Shown: positions 12,892-25,175, numbered from the whole stretch's first letter. The stretch: DNA of 60,858 bases, filler included, from Sphacelaria rigidula (GCA_964200075.2; 9 parts of 9 records of this genome joined end to end with filler, not necessarily neighbours in it), one strand, 5' to 3'. Numbers and translations are program-made. The notes: generated by a model from the letters alone, not told the origin.

Positions 12892-13548
12892 AATTTGTAA
12901 AATCACGTGTTTTGGGTGGATTTATGCCGAAATAGTTTGCGAAACGAAAGCAATCTCGGATAGTTCGTGTATGTTGAAAGCTAAGCAGATGTGACTACGT
13001 GCCCCGATGAATGCGGTGTACATGTGTGTGTGTCGATGGCGATGGCACCGAAGCAGCATTGGCGGAGAGGAAGCTCCTCGCCCATTCCCTCTGCGTGTCT
13101 TCGTTCGGCGATTCCAAATAATCGCTGAAGAGATTGGCATCATGTTGCCCTCACATACCCGTTTTTTGTGCCCTTTCGTCGGCACAAGAACGGTAGGCGG
13201 CTAGTTGTACAGTCCGAGAGATCGATTACTTTCTGCCCCTCTTTTTGGACAGGATGTGCCTCTATGCGGTACAGAACACGTCGGAAGGAAGGGTGATGTT
13301 TCTGTCACCGCTACCCCCCTTGTCATATACACACGCCCGAGCAATGACCTTAGCGCGAAGATCCAATCACGCCCGTGGGGGGGGGGGGGGGGGGGCGCTT
13401 GACATTTTCTCCTGCCTGCTCGAGTTACCGCAGTTCGCGCCCTCCCGTNNNNNNNNNNNNNNNNNNNNNNNNNNNNNNNNNNNNNNNNNNNNTTAATTAA
13501 TTAANNNNNNNNNNNNNNNNNNNNNNNNNNNNNNNNNNNNNNNNNNNN

Positions 13549-14838
13549 GCGGCGGAGGTGAATGCGCGAGACGCGGTTCCTAGTCACGTCGCGAAGAGAG
13601 GAAGCAATAATGTGTAATACACTTCAAGCATTCACTGTAGACGTGTGAAAACGGTGGTACGAGATCCCGCGACAAACCTCACCCCTCAGATTATCAGCGA
13701 TACACACTCTGCAGGATCCCAAACGAAGGATTCGAAGCGTGATACGCATTCTGTCTGGCATGCCGTGCCCGTTTCCTTCGAAATCTCCGCGTCGCGACTA
13801 GAAGGGTGGGAGGTGACAAGACGACCCCCGACTGATGGCCTTCTCACAAGCCCGTCCCATAAATTAGGGCACTGAAGGGCAATAATACGTTGTCTGGGTA
13901 TAATGGTGGTTGTGACGGCTTTACAGATGGGTTCTATACGAAGTTAGAGGGCAGACTCGGCCGACGTGAAGATAGAATGACAAGCTCTTTACTTGAGATG
14001 AGCCAAAATTTACCCAAGCATCGCACTTATTCTACTATTTCGAAGCACTCGTCAAAGGTTTTGGCCGTTGTCGACCCGAACAGCCCTGGTTTTACCAGCA
14101 AGGTTTGTCATTGAAGAAGGCAGTGGGGTCCAACACACGGTAATACGTCAAACTAGTGGTTGATTCGCGATTGTGATTATCGTTCGTTGTTTTTTCATAA
14201 TGTTGATTCTCTCCGGAGTTTAGAAGGGGGGGTGTGCGGCCGATTTCGGGCTCGGTTATTTGTTTTCACTCGTACGAACGGAGCACCGAATGAAGACACA
14301 ATATGCTTTCAACCGAAAATTGACCAAAAATATAAGACAAAGATCGGACCAAAATTCGGGCAAGGTGATGGGCCCGTACAGTTTAGGGTATCCTCTTGTA
14401 TGGTACAGGGAAACTATATTTGACTCGCAAATGCGTCAAGAAATATGCAAAAAGACTACAACTGGTGCGTAGGTGCCCGCTAGCCTCATCACCACCTTGT
14501 CCTCACTGTGCGACCCTCGGACGGCGAAGAAGCAAGTAAACAAGACTCGATATGAACACCGTTCGTCTCGCCCGAAGCACTCTCACCTCCACTGTGTATC
14601 CGAACGGCTGCGCGGCGATCTTCATGACCTCTCCAGCAGTCTTCAGCAGAAGAACCGGCGACAGGAGTCAGCAATGCCGGCGGGGTCGTGTCGGCCGGCA
14701 GCTTCGACGGGAGCAACCCTGGGCTCACATATACTGCGCCGCCGACATCGTGCTGTAGAGAAATAGAGGGTGAAAACGAGCCAGGCGGCAGTTGGAAAGA
14801 TTGGTGAGAGTTCAAGACACCTTTCGAAAACGAAAAAT
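13549..14838. repeat. Left arm of ~1.3-kb inverted repeat (partner 18195-19462); truncated by contig start
   Basis: Continuous reverse-complement similarity, e.g. 13549 GCGGCGGAGGTGAATGCGCGAGACGCGGTTCCTAGTCACG vs CGTGACTAGGAACCGCGTCTCGCGCATTTACCTCCGCCGC ending 19462; extra block 15183-15225 vs 18091-18133. Confidence 0.95.
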
Positions 14839-14911
14839 TAGGGAACACGACCTTCAATTTCGCATGTATACTCTGTGACCACGGGTTCGAGAGATCGAGC
14901 TTATGTGATGG

Positions 14912-14948
<37 letters not shown>

Positions 14949-17542
14949 CGTCTAGACGTGGTGTCGCTCTCTGTACCTTGAAGAGCCCAGAGGAGAATAC
15001 TTTATGGAACGTCTTCACCATGCGATCATCCACCACGACGGAGAGACTGGCATCTGAGAGAAGGAGCTCGATAGGGCGCCCGCCTTGGAGGGCGATCTCC
15101 AGCAGCTGCGTACTCTCGACCCCAACACCAAGAACAGCGTCGCCCTTGTTGGTGAACCTTCATGGATATGAAGAGGCAACGACTCCCTCTTTGTGTCATC
15201 TGCGAACGGCGGTGAGGGCAAGATGTCTGGTGTGTCAAGTATGAACTGCGATACAAAATAAGGGACGGCCGGCAGCAAGTCTGTGCAGCTGTATACAGGC
15301 AGTGGTGTTGTACATTCCTCAACCAGTACTACCGGAAAAGATACAGTTGACTTCCATGCCTGAGCATCGAAGCCGGTCACCGATCAGCTCGCGACAGCGA
15401 ACATATGTCTCGACTTTCCTAGAATAAAGTCAACTACCGACGGGGAGTAACGCACCAGCTCCGAGGGCCGTGGAAGTCTTCACTTGTAGACCGCCTCGAA
15501 TTCCTTCAAGGCATCACCTTCCTGTTCTTCAGCCGGCAGGCTTTCTCCTGTCTCTGATGTCGTCTTGTCCACGGACGATATATAGTCCCCCACGAACAGC
15601 TGGAGATCTTCCAACTCGTACGTAAAGCTTGTCGTACGTGTTGCGGGGAGACAGAGTCTCGCCGACATCGTTTAAAGCTCTCCAAAAGCAGGCAGGCAGC
15701 AGCAACGCCTGCTTTTTCACTGTTGTGGGATGCAGGCCGCAGGCGGCGGTGCAGTGGATTGTGTGAGGGAGGGGTGGGGGGTGGGGGAGATAGAGCGAGG
15801 GCCAGCGACAACATCCTAATATTGCGGTTAGTTGCAGGTCGCGATCGGTACATGTTACCCACAAAGTTACCTGTACTCGTAATTCGACCACGTACCTGGG
15901 TCATATCACTCTCGCATGAGTACTGATAAGGAATGTTTTCCGATAACACCTAACTTTGTAGCTAGCACAACGGTATCTTTCTTTCGAGCTCTGCTTTCGG
16001 AATAATGGTGACCAATTTGACGGGTGTCAGGTGCTATACCGCTGAAACAATCCCACCAGTCAGGCAGGTGAAAAGACCTAAATATTCCGGTATTTGTCGA
16101 CACGTTTCCCATTCTCTGATCACGCTTCGGGTGCACATGGCCACTTGCACTAAGGATCACAGGATATGTGTCGCGACATTCTGACGGCCAGGGCATGTTG
16201 AGTCGTGGTCTCGAACAATATAGGTCTAAACGTGGAACAACGCCAATTTCATCGTTGCTGTCCAAACATGACCAGCCCGCTCATGCTGTCATAAACGTAT
16301 TGGCATCGCCTACTCTCGAGCACCCACTTATCAGAGGAAATAGTGTGGGTAGTGCGTCCATGCATCTTACAGAGGCGGGCCGCCTCGTGTTCGCGACCTC
16401 GGTTGAACCCACGGAGCGGAGCATCGAATCATGTGGGCATACGGGCGGCTTGACTCCAAAAAGAACGAGAGCACGTGCCGTCCCAGAAAACCCGGTAAAC
16501 ATGGGATCGATGTATGTTTCTGACGGCTTCGTGTGTAATCGTTTCTTCACAAGAGCGTTTGCTGTGTCGAAGAACCTCGTTGAGAACGCCAAGAGGAACC
16601 CGGTGCTCCATCGGTGTCGAGAACCACGTGAGTACAATATCTTGTATATCGTCGCCAAGTTGGGGCAGATGTGTGACGACCGCTGTCGTGTAGCAAAGCG
16701 AACATATTATCACGTAGATTTCACAACATACGTCGGTACTGTACTAGGCGAGCGCGATGTCAAAATAGACCGAAAATGTGTTCTACCACAGCCTGCTGTA
16801 ACCGTGCTTTACTGTAGCGCCGGCCAACACACACCGGCTCACTGTTTCTTGTTGTCGTACCCAGCGAAAACAACCGGTACAGGTTTGAATCTTGAAATCA
16901 ACTACTGTATCTAGGTTTACTGTAATGCGACCGTGGTCCGCCTCGGGACAGTTTAATCGGCTGACAGTCCAGGAACATTCGCGGTTTCCAGATATCAGGG
17001 GAGGTTATACGAACAGCCGGAGAGCTCAAGAAGTCAACCATTTGTTTTTGGAAGTAAAGAATCCGCTCGCAGTCGTTCGGGTGTACCTGGCCCTTCTCGC
17101 GTTGCCAGAATAGCTTCACACTGTCTGTAGTGTTGTTGGGAAACACGGATCAGAGACATCAACAGCGTGCACGCAACGACGGAAACTGAAAGGTGCTCGT
17201 CGAAGACATACTGTTCTATACTATACTGACTTTGCGTGCACTTGACTGCGGGCTCAAAACCGGTCAGGGACGTTCCTGTATTATTGTTGTCTATATATGG
17301 GTCCTACATTCACGTGTCGCAAAAATTATATCCACCTAAATAGGTGGATCTTTGTTTCCAGTATTCTTTGATCATGACCGATGCCGCGTTGTTTTTTAAA
17401 CTCGGGAGCCCACACATTTTTAATTAGCTGCCCGTTACGCATGTGTGCAAACAAAGTGAAGCCTTCACGTGTAGTACCGTGGTGCAGCCAGTAGTCAGTG
17501 ACCATATCCTTTGCATCTGCATCCACTGCCATGGATGTGCAG
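13650..17542 (-). pseudogene. Decayed multi-exon gene of unknown family
   Basis: Phase-compatible GT-AG exons 17336-17542, 16921-17120 and 16371-16682, then exon-like blocks from 16257, ~15675, ~15200, ~14750 and ~14105; in-frame TGA at 16429-16431, several TAG/TGA stops and frameshifts downstream. Confidence 0.6.
14874..14946 (+). mobile_element. 3' tail of a non-LTR retroelement (LINE/SINE) with (TAA)n tail
   Basis: TGTGACCACGGGTTCGAGAGATCG motif also at ~32101 and ~50776, followed here by a long (TAA)n run. Confidence 0.6.
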
Positions 17543-18194
17543 CTGCATATGAAGACGGTATAGTACTGTGTTCTATTGGCAAAGCACAGCTACCTACTGT
17601 GCTCGCGAGTACAACCCGTGCTGTAACCTGGCAGAGTACAGCCTATACTCGGACATGAAGTAGTACAAGAAAACAAATACAGACTACAGCTGTACCGTGT
17701 TTGCGAAGTATAGTCCATAGTTGTAATGTCGTACTGCTCGCAAAATCCACGGCCCGTATCGTGAATACTCTTCCCTGCTGCAACACCCTGGCACTGATCG
17801 TACTACTTTTACGGAGGAGAGTGAGCATAGTTTTTACGGAGGAATAACCTTGGGAACCGCCACAAGCATCGAAAGGTTTTCGCAATAAAATTACAAACAA
17901 ATGCACTCTCCGGCTGTTGTGGGTGGTGTCGCTCATCATGGGAGAAAACGTCGGCCATTTATAAAATCCCGTGTTTTTCAGGGGAATCTGGAATACAGGA
18001 GCAGTGTAAGAGACAGGAAGGACCGGAGGGTGAATTTGTTCCGTGTGAGTACAGAATTTCACAAATTGCAGACAGACTATTGTTCAGGAGGATCTTGCCC
18101 TCACCGCCGTTCGCAGATGACACAAAAAGGGACCCTCAAGTCTTTCAGCGAATCATGGAGGGAAAAAAGGAACGCGATAAACGCAGGTGTAAAC

Positions 18195-19462
18195 GTTTTC
18201 GTTTGTGAGAGGTGTCATGAACTCTCACCAATCTTTCCAACTGCCGCGGGCTCGTTCTCACCCTCTATTTCTCGACAGCACGATATCGGCGGCGCAGTGT
18301 ATGTGGGCCCAGGGTTGCTCCGGTCGAAGCTGCCGGCCGACACGACCCCATCGGCATTGCTGACTCCTGCCGCCGGTTCTTCTGCTGAAGAGGTCATGAA
18401 GACCGCCGTGCAGCCGTCCGGATACACAGTGGATGTGAGAATGCTTCGGGCGACCCAAACGGTGTTCATATCGAGTCTTGTTTACCTGCTTCTTGGCCAT
18501 CCGAGGATCGCACAGTGAGGACAAGGTGGTGATAAGGCTAATGGGCACATACGCCCCAGTCTTGTTCTTTTTGCATATTTCTTGACGCATTTGCGAGTCA
18601 AACATAGTTTCCCTGTACCATACAAGATGATACCTTAAACTGTACGGGCCGATCACCTTGCCCGAATTTTGGCTTTGTATCTCTGTGTTATATTTCCGGT
18701 GAAAAGTATATCTTATCTTCATTCGGTGCTCGGTTCGTACGAATGAAAACAATTAGTCAGACCCGAAAATGGCCACACACCCCTCTTTCTAAACTCCAGA
18801 GAGAAACAACATTCTAAAAAAAAACGAACGATAATCACAATCGCGAATCAATCACTAGTTTTACGTATTACCGTGTGCTGTCCCAACCGCCTTCTCCACC
18901 GACAAACCTCGCTGGTAAAACCAGCGCTGTTTCGGCTCGACAACGGCCAAAACCTTTTACGAGTGCTTCGAAATAGTAGAATGAGTGCGATGCTCGGGTA
19001 TATTTCGGCCCATCTCAAGTAAAGAACTTGTTATTCTATCTTCACGTCGGCTGAGTCTGCCCTCTAACTTCGTAACGAACCCATCTGTAAAGCCGTCACA
19101 ATGACCATTATACCCAGACAACGTATTATTGCCCTTCAGTGCCCGACATTATGGGACGGGCGTGTGAAAAGGCCATCAGTCGGGGGTCGTCTTGTCACCT
19201 CCCACCCTTCTAGTCGCGAGGCGGAGATTTCGAAGAAAACGAGCACGGCATGCCAGACAGAATGCGTATCGCGCTTCGAATCGTTCGTTTGGGATCATGC
19301 AGAGTGTGTATCGCTGAGAGTCTGAGGGGTGGGGTTTGTCGCGGGATCTCGTACCATCGTTTTCACACGTCTACAGTGAATGCCTGAAGTGTATTACACA
19401 TTATTGCGTCCCCTCTTCGCAACGTGACTAGGAACCGCGTCTCGCGCATTTACCTCCGCCGC
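18195..19462. repeat. Right arm of ~1.3-kb inverted repeat; second (plus-strand) decayed copy of the gene's downstream exons
   Basis: Reverse complement of 13549-14838; contains exon-like HDIGGAVYVGPGLLRSKLPADTTPSALLTPAAGSSAEEVMKTAVQPSGYTVD between ctctatttctcgacag and gtgaga. Confidence 0.9.
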
Positions 19463-19604
19463 GTGTGCAATCCAATTTGGTCACAGTTTTCGAGTCTAGA
19501 TCAGGTCAACAGGCTGCGCGTGATCGCGGAACAAGGCCAAGACGTCGCCTATCCGAACATTCCCGTCTGGGGGAAGTAAAAAATAAACGACACTCCGGAG
19601 GACG

Positions 19605-19622
19605 CCCTAACCCTAACCCTAA
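19605..19622 (+). repeat. Interstitial telomere-like (CCCTAA)3
   Basis: Direct reading. Confidence 0.8.
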
Positions 19623-19768
19623 CAACAACTGAGGAAAATATTGGAGCCTGGCAAGGAGACGTATAAAGCAAAGGCGGCGTTATACCTAGAAGCGGCGGAG
19701 ACATGCCCATTTTTCTACCTCACGTGGGAAGCAACGGTCTATGATGCGCCCATAGATATTTGTCGCAG

Positions 19769-20038
19769 ATTCCCCATGTACAACTTGCCGCCGCTGTAGG
19801 CAGCGAAGGCGGAGATAAACACGCTCTCATTGCTTGTGTACCAACACCTCGCGTGCGGAGCAGTAGATTAGCGGCGAAGAAGCCTGTAGTCATTGGTGCC
19901 GGGGATCTTATTGTAAGGGGCCCTGGATTTAAGAAAAGATGGCTTGGATTCACCCCAGCCGCTAGTCCCTGCGACGATGATGAGGAAGACGATGCAGATG
20001 AAGGTGAAGACACTGCCGATGACGGCGCGGGAGATTGA
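19769..20038 (+). CDS. Probable terminal exon with acidic C-terminus (IPHVQLAAAVG...DDDEEDDADEGEDTADDGAGD*), unknown protein
   Basis: Acceptor tatttgtcgcag|ATT, 90 codons to TGA; lies downstream of the plus-strand gene copy in the right arm. Confidence 0.4.
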   Translation: MPHVQLAAAVGSEGGDKHALIACVPTPRVRSSRLAAKKPVVIGAGDLIVRGPGFKKRWLGFTPAASPCDDDEEDDADEGEDTADDGAGD

Positions 20039-20322
20039 CGGATATCATGTTTGCGGCTTCGGTTTTGAATACGAGGGTCTGTTTTGATGGGGTTGGATTG
20101 GGATAGGTTTTTTTTTGGGGGGGGGGGGGTTTATGGTCCTGTCGCGTTGTGCGTGGTTTTGTTCCGGGGGTACCCGTTGATGAGAGTAGACGGCGTCAAC
20201 GCTTGTCGATCGCAACCGATGGNNNNNNNNNNNNNNNNNNNNNNNNNNNNNNNNNNNNNNNNNNNNTTAATTAATTAANNNNNNNNNNNNNNNNNNNNNN
20301 NNNNNNNNNNNNNNNNNNNNNN

Positions 20323-20353
20323 CAATGGTCACATGACTAAGGCAAGCAACAAA
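20323..20353 (-). repeat. Poly-G-headed dispersed repeat family B, fragment at contig start
   Basis: Reverse complement of GGGGGGCGTACTCATTTGTTGCTTGCCTTAGTC...GACCATTG, as at 29285-29370 and 47244-47314. Confidence 0.75.
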
Positions 20354-20856
20354 TGAGTACGCCCCCCCCCCCCTCCTGTTTTTCCCGATGCGAAGCTCTG
20401 GGGGCCGGGCTCCTGAGAAGTATCACCACGTGCCGCGTTGCTGTACTCGAGCTCTTTTGTCGGGTTACCCATCTATGCCCGCTACGCTCGTAGTACGAGA
20501 CAGTACGGAAAGCTGTACTGTTGTTGAACCATAGTAAGAGGACCCATCCGATAGAGTAAACCGCTCCAAGGACCGAGGGGTAAATGAGCAGCAGTCAGTG
20601 TAACAACAAAATAAATGTGGTTGGTTGCGCTAATTTCTTCGATTTTTCATCTGCAGTCGTGAAGATGATCATCGTGGTTCTTAAAATCACTCATTTTCCT
20701 CTATGTATGCTGCTAGAGTGGGGAATGACCGCGTGGCTGGTGGGAAAACGCGTTGAAATTGTCTTTAAATTATTTTTTTCCACCACATTTTGTGACAAGT
20801 CCCACGTCTTGCAAATATCTAAATGTACCCCTAGACATGTTCAAGATCCCTTGACC

Positions 20857-21648
20857 CTACACGGCAATTCCCGTTCCATCGATTAGGCACCCCGTAAGGA
20901 CTCGACTAGAACGGGGAAAACATGAAGGAATCGGGACGAGACGCGAACGGTTCCCGTCGCCCTCCAAAACTGGGACGGCGCGGGTTATGCAGGAAAGTGT
21001 GCCCGTGGAAAACCACCGTACTCGGAAATTCACCCCGTTCCGTAGCAGTTCACATGATAATCCCTTCCTGTAAAGGGCCTTGATGAGTTTTCTCTCCGAT
21101 TGGGATTTGGGGTATTGCGAGTCGCATGCCCATATAGGTAGCGGGGAAACTCCTTTGAAGAGGACGATTTCCTGATCGGGTGCCGGTATCACGGCGTTTG
21201 TGGTTGGCCTGAACGCTTACCCTGCAACGGGGTCTCAGAATGATACATATGACCCCCGGTGGCTTGGCTTGGCTGGACCAAAATTAGCGGAAACCAAACG
21301 CATATTTCCAAGCAAGTCCGTTAAAACGGGATTTCGCCGGTCTTTGATCAAATCAGATATTATCTTCCCGTTCTCCCCTTTCCAGCGACGGCACTACCCG
21401 CGATTCTCTGGTGCCACGACGAGCGTCGCAGGGTATACATTGAGCAGGAATTTTCAACATTTTAATTTGAAGACCACACCCAACGCGACGTGGATGGTTG
21501 AATGCTCGTTTTGAAGAACGAGGAAAAACTCCTGGGAACTCGTTAATGTCACGTTGTTTGCATAATTAGGAAGAATATTTGTATCCACACCCTCCTCCCC
21601 CACGGTAATATTTTGTACAGGGCTAGCTAGGTAGATGCCGTTGCGCAT
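20857..21648 (-). pseudogene. Decayed intronless ORF of ~260 codons, unknown product
   Basis: ORFs 21454-21648 and 20857-21192 are in the same frame and are bridged by protein-like sequence with four in-frame stops. Confidence 0.3.
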
Positions 21649-22004
21649 TTGCAGATCCGAGTAATAATATTACTCCATTGATACCTCCTCGCTTCATTTA
21701 TTTGCCACAACTGCGTCATCGTTGCCGTCTTCCTCAGATGAAGACTTCGTTGACGTCGGAGCCGATCGACCTGGAGGACGCTCTTGACATGACCGGGGTA
21801 AGCCTTGACGGCAGACGATTGCTTACTGGTTCGGATGATGGCTGAAGTTAGGGCAGGGCTAGTGCGAAGGCGAGGGGTAGGGGTAGGGTTATGATCCGGA
21901 TAGGGGCTGCAGGCGACAGATACATTTTTCACAGTAGTACGTGATTGTACTTCCTGTAGGGAGTGTTAGTGTGACTCCAACTGAAATCCCAGCGGATCTG
22001 TTAA

Positions 22005-22123
22005 CCCTTTGAGAACCCTGTGTTTATTCTTTTTTTGTGTGAATCGGCATTCAATTTGACTTGAAAATGACAGAAATGATGCCGATTCACGAAAACAAAA
22101 ATAAGGACTGGGCTCCTCAAGGG
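22005..22123. mobile_element. piggyBac-type MITE with TTAA target-site duplication
   Basis: TTAA|CCCTTTGAGAACCC ... GGGCTCCTCAAGGG|TTAA with internal inverted GTGAATCGGCAT/ATGCCGATTCAC. Confidence 0.75.
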
Positions 22124-23105
22124 TTAATTCACGACAAGCAATCAGCCAATCAACAGAGTGGAGGTTAGGTCGTCAGTGAATCAAGAATGCACCGGGCCGT
22201 AGGTTACGCAGTGTAACGTAGATGATCCGAATGCATCACCCAAGGCGAACTGAAGCCCCAACTTGGGGTTGTTCCGTAAACTGTGATGGTCACGCCGCCG
22301 AAGGTGTTGTCACGTGGGGATATCTCGAGATCGTGCGGTCATTGAAATCCTCGGGCAGTGTAGGTCGTTGTTTTACAGAGAATACCGATCTTGGGTTCCA
22401 TATTGTCCCGGGTGACGGAACTCTGTGAACCACGGTTACACGTTTGATGCTACGGTGAAATGGGAATGATGGACAGTTGATGGTGCGCCTTGTGGCCGGT
22501 GAAGAGCGGAAGGCGGCTGTTTTTTTTTTTGGTATTATCGGGTTGTTCGTTTTTGGCATTTGTCTCTGTCACGCTTTAGTCGAATTTTTTTCACCTACTG
22601 TTTTTCGTTTTCGTGCTTATTGGTTCTTTTTTCAAGTTGTGTTGCGTTCTGCGTGTACAACTCGAACTCTTCACGTGCTTGTTGTCTGCGGTTTTGGTCA
22701 ACCACGTGAACTGACAGCAAGTTCAGATGGGAATTTGTAGCGCTTGGGCCCGAGGTCGTAACATTCCTCCTGTCCACGAAACGATATTCTTAGCCACGCC
22801 TTACTGTAGGTGACGGAGTATATCACCCTCCTCTCCCTGACAGACGATGCCACCTGTCGACCTAAATACAGCGGCTACACCGTCAAAGTTCATGTCACCA
22901 AAATATTCCGTTAAGATCATCCGGTAAACAAGATTTGTGATGGTGCGGGGCCTACGTTGTAGAATATATCGAGACTGAACATCTTGCGTCGTATGCGGGT
23001 GGGGGGGGCGGCGCGGGGTGCTGTACCGTCACTTACGGCGTGTTGTTGCTGCGTCGCACGTGTGTTGATTTTGTGCATTATTTCATGATGCTCGTGTGGT
23101 TTCAG

Positions 23106-23235
23106 CGACATTCGGGCCACGTGCTGTTGAGCGGTACGACTCTGCTGGACCAAACAGGCAGTTCCGGTGGAGAAGAAGAGGAGTCACAGCTATCAACGAG
23201 CACCTACCTCGCCGGTGTTGCTTCCAGTCTCCCCG
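23106..23235 (+). CDS. Probable exon of an unknown gene (RHSGHVLLSGTTLLDQTGSSGGEEEESQLSTSTYLAGVASSLP)
   Basis: Acceptor tggtttcag|, consensus donor CCG|gtaagt; ends in phase 1, compatible with exon 26794-26919. Confidence 0.45.
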
Positions 23236-23563
23236 GTAAGTCAGGTTTGAGAATAAAGAATGTCACGAAAACAAAAAGAAGAAATATTCAAAGCTTTGCT
23301 GGACATCTGATGCACGTAAGGAGCAGTTCGTTTGCGGCGGTGTGGCTGGCGGCATTGGGTCGCGTGGTATGGTCGGAATGAAATCTTTTCTGCTCCTCTA
23401 CCTGTAACTCGCCTCCTGTACCTCTCCCTTCCGTCCTCGTGACAAGCCCGAAATTTTAAGGTCAAGCAATCCCTCCCTTGGTGCAGTGCTGGGTTAGGTT
23501 TAGGGTCGGGGTTGGGTTTTTTTCATACGCCAATGATCCCCGTAAAATCGAAAAATAGCGAGA

Positions 23564-23665
23564 GGGGGGTGTGCTCATGATTCGGTATGCCGTAGTCGTA
23601 TGGCCACTGACCACGCATCCTCAAATTGCCGGTATGGAGCCCGCCGGGTTTTCGCCGGACCAGAC
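23564..23665 (+). repeat. Repeat family B monomer
   Basis: GGGGGGTGTGCTCATGA...GCCGTAGTCGT...CCACTGACCACGCATCC...GGGTTTTCGCCGGACCAG matches 29167-29273. Confidence 0.7.
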
Positions 23666-25175
23666 TCGCAATCGCCAAGCGCTAGGCGCCGTGTTGCGTT
23701 TGGTGAGTCGCGTGGAGGCTGAGCTGTATCTCACTAAGATCGTTCGACCCGAATCGTACTCATCGTCTTACATATGGATGATCGCCTCGAATGAGTGGTT
23801 TTGATTTCTGGTCTTGCCTCCTCCAGAAAAAGCCACAGGTTACACTGCCTGATGGGTGTCTCACCATTCAAACACTGCGTGTTATCATGATGCCCTTTGC
23901 GCAAAGTTGAGGTTTTCCACCCTGCGCAGTGTAATGTAACTCGACCACCATCATGGTTGACGCAAAAAAACGCAAGCGAAGAAGAAAGCAGTGATCTGGT
24001 TGCCTAGCCGACGTGGTAAGTGGCGTGTTTTTACAGCGTAGTGGCCAACAGACTCCAAAGGAGAAAAGAGCAGGAGGGGGAGGGGGAAGTTAGATACCTC
24101 AATCTAGTGTAGCGAGTACTAACTAGTCGAATTCGGGGGTGGACTGTATGGACCACTTGGCGTTCGTGTGGTGCTGTCACTACTCGTTGTGACGTCGAGG
24201 TAATGGAGGACGACCATACAAAACCTCGTGGCGAGGCTGAATCTCAGAATATGAAAATACTGCACAGATTGCAATGAATTCAAACTTCTTGCGTGGGTAG
24301 ATGTGCGCGTTGTGTCGATATATGCAATTCCCACTCCATGACCTACAAAACCAGCGTATATACTTTTATGTTTTACGTTCTATAATGAAAGTACAAATAT
24401 GAAGAGGAGAAACAAAAACTGCAGAATCTCTTGCTGCACTATCGGACGCAGTCTTCGAGTAGAGGGGGCACAAGATAGCGACAGGGGACGGGCTGGCAAA
24501 TGACGTTCCACACACATGAAGCATGCCAGACCCTCTCCGGGCGAAGGCCCGGAAGGAGTAGTAGATTGTTTTCCCCCTAGCAGCCAGCGTGGACGTATAA
24601 GGCAGGGAGAAACGCGGCTCCCTTGTTACTCGTAGAGACCGCTAGCGTGAGGGTGTACCTGTGCGGGTGAAGTATTCAACCCAGCGTACCTCTTCTTTCA
24701 TTCCGTTCGAATGGAGGGTGCTCGTGGGTTTGGGCTGCGCTTGCGGAGTAGGTGTCCACTTGAGCACCAACCTGCATCGACGGGAAGGGAGATGATGCAA
24801 CTTTCCCCCCCAGAGGCTTGTATACGAGTGTGTTGCTGATCCGGCTTTTCTGTGACTTTAGCACAATCTGGACCAACGATTCCGTTGTAAGAAATGTACT
24901 GCGTACAGTGTGTGTTGTCGTCCCTCTATTCTGGACGCCGGTCTACACCTTTCGGTATATGTGGGCGCACCAGCCGGGGTCACACAGGAGGAAGGCCAAC
25001 ACAGGAGTATTTTGTTCAGTATGGAATCTATTGTCTGTTGCAATAGGCGCAATAGTCGATACCGTACGCGTTACACTTTTTGACTGTATTCTATCGTTAT
25101 TGTCCAGGGTGTGGACTTTAGTTCCAGACGACAACCGGATGGCGTTTTGTCATCTCGTGTTGCGGATACTTCCTG

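Noticed and set aside
15900..16700. Methylation- or RIP-like C-to-T bias inferred from TAG/TGA stops in relics
   Set aside because: Ancestral codons are unknown, and C-to-T transitions are the commonest source of stops anyway; needs a consensus-based mutation spectrum.
16168..16914. 248-aa plus-strand ORF as a transposase between long TIRs
   Set aside because: No DDE or other motif; it is antisense to phase-consistent minus-strand exons.
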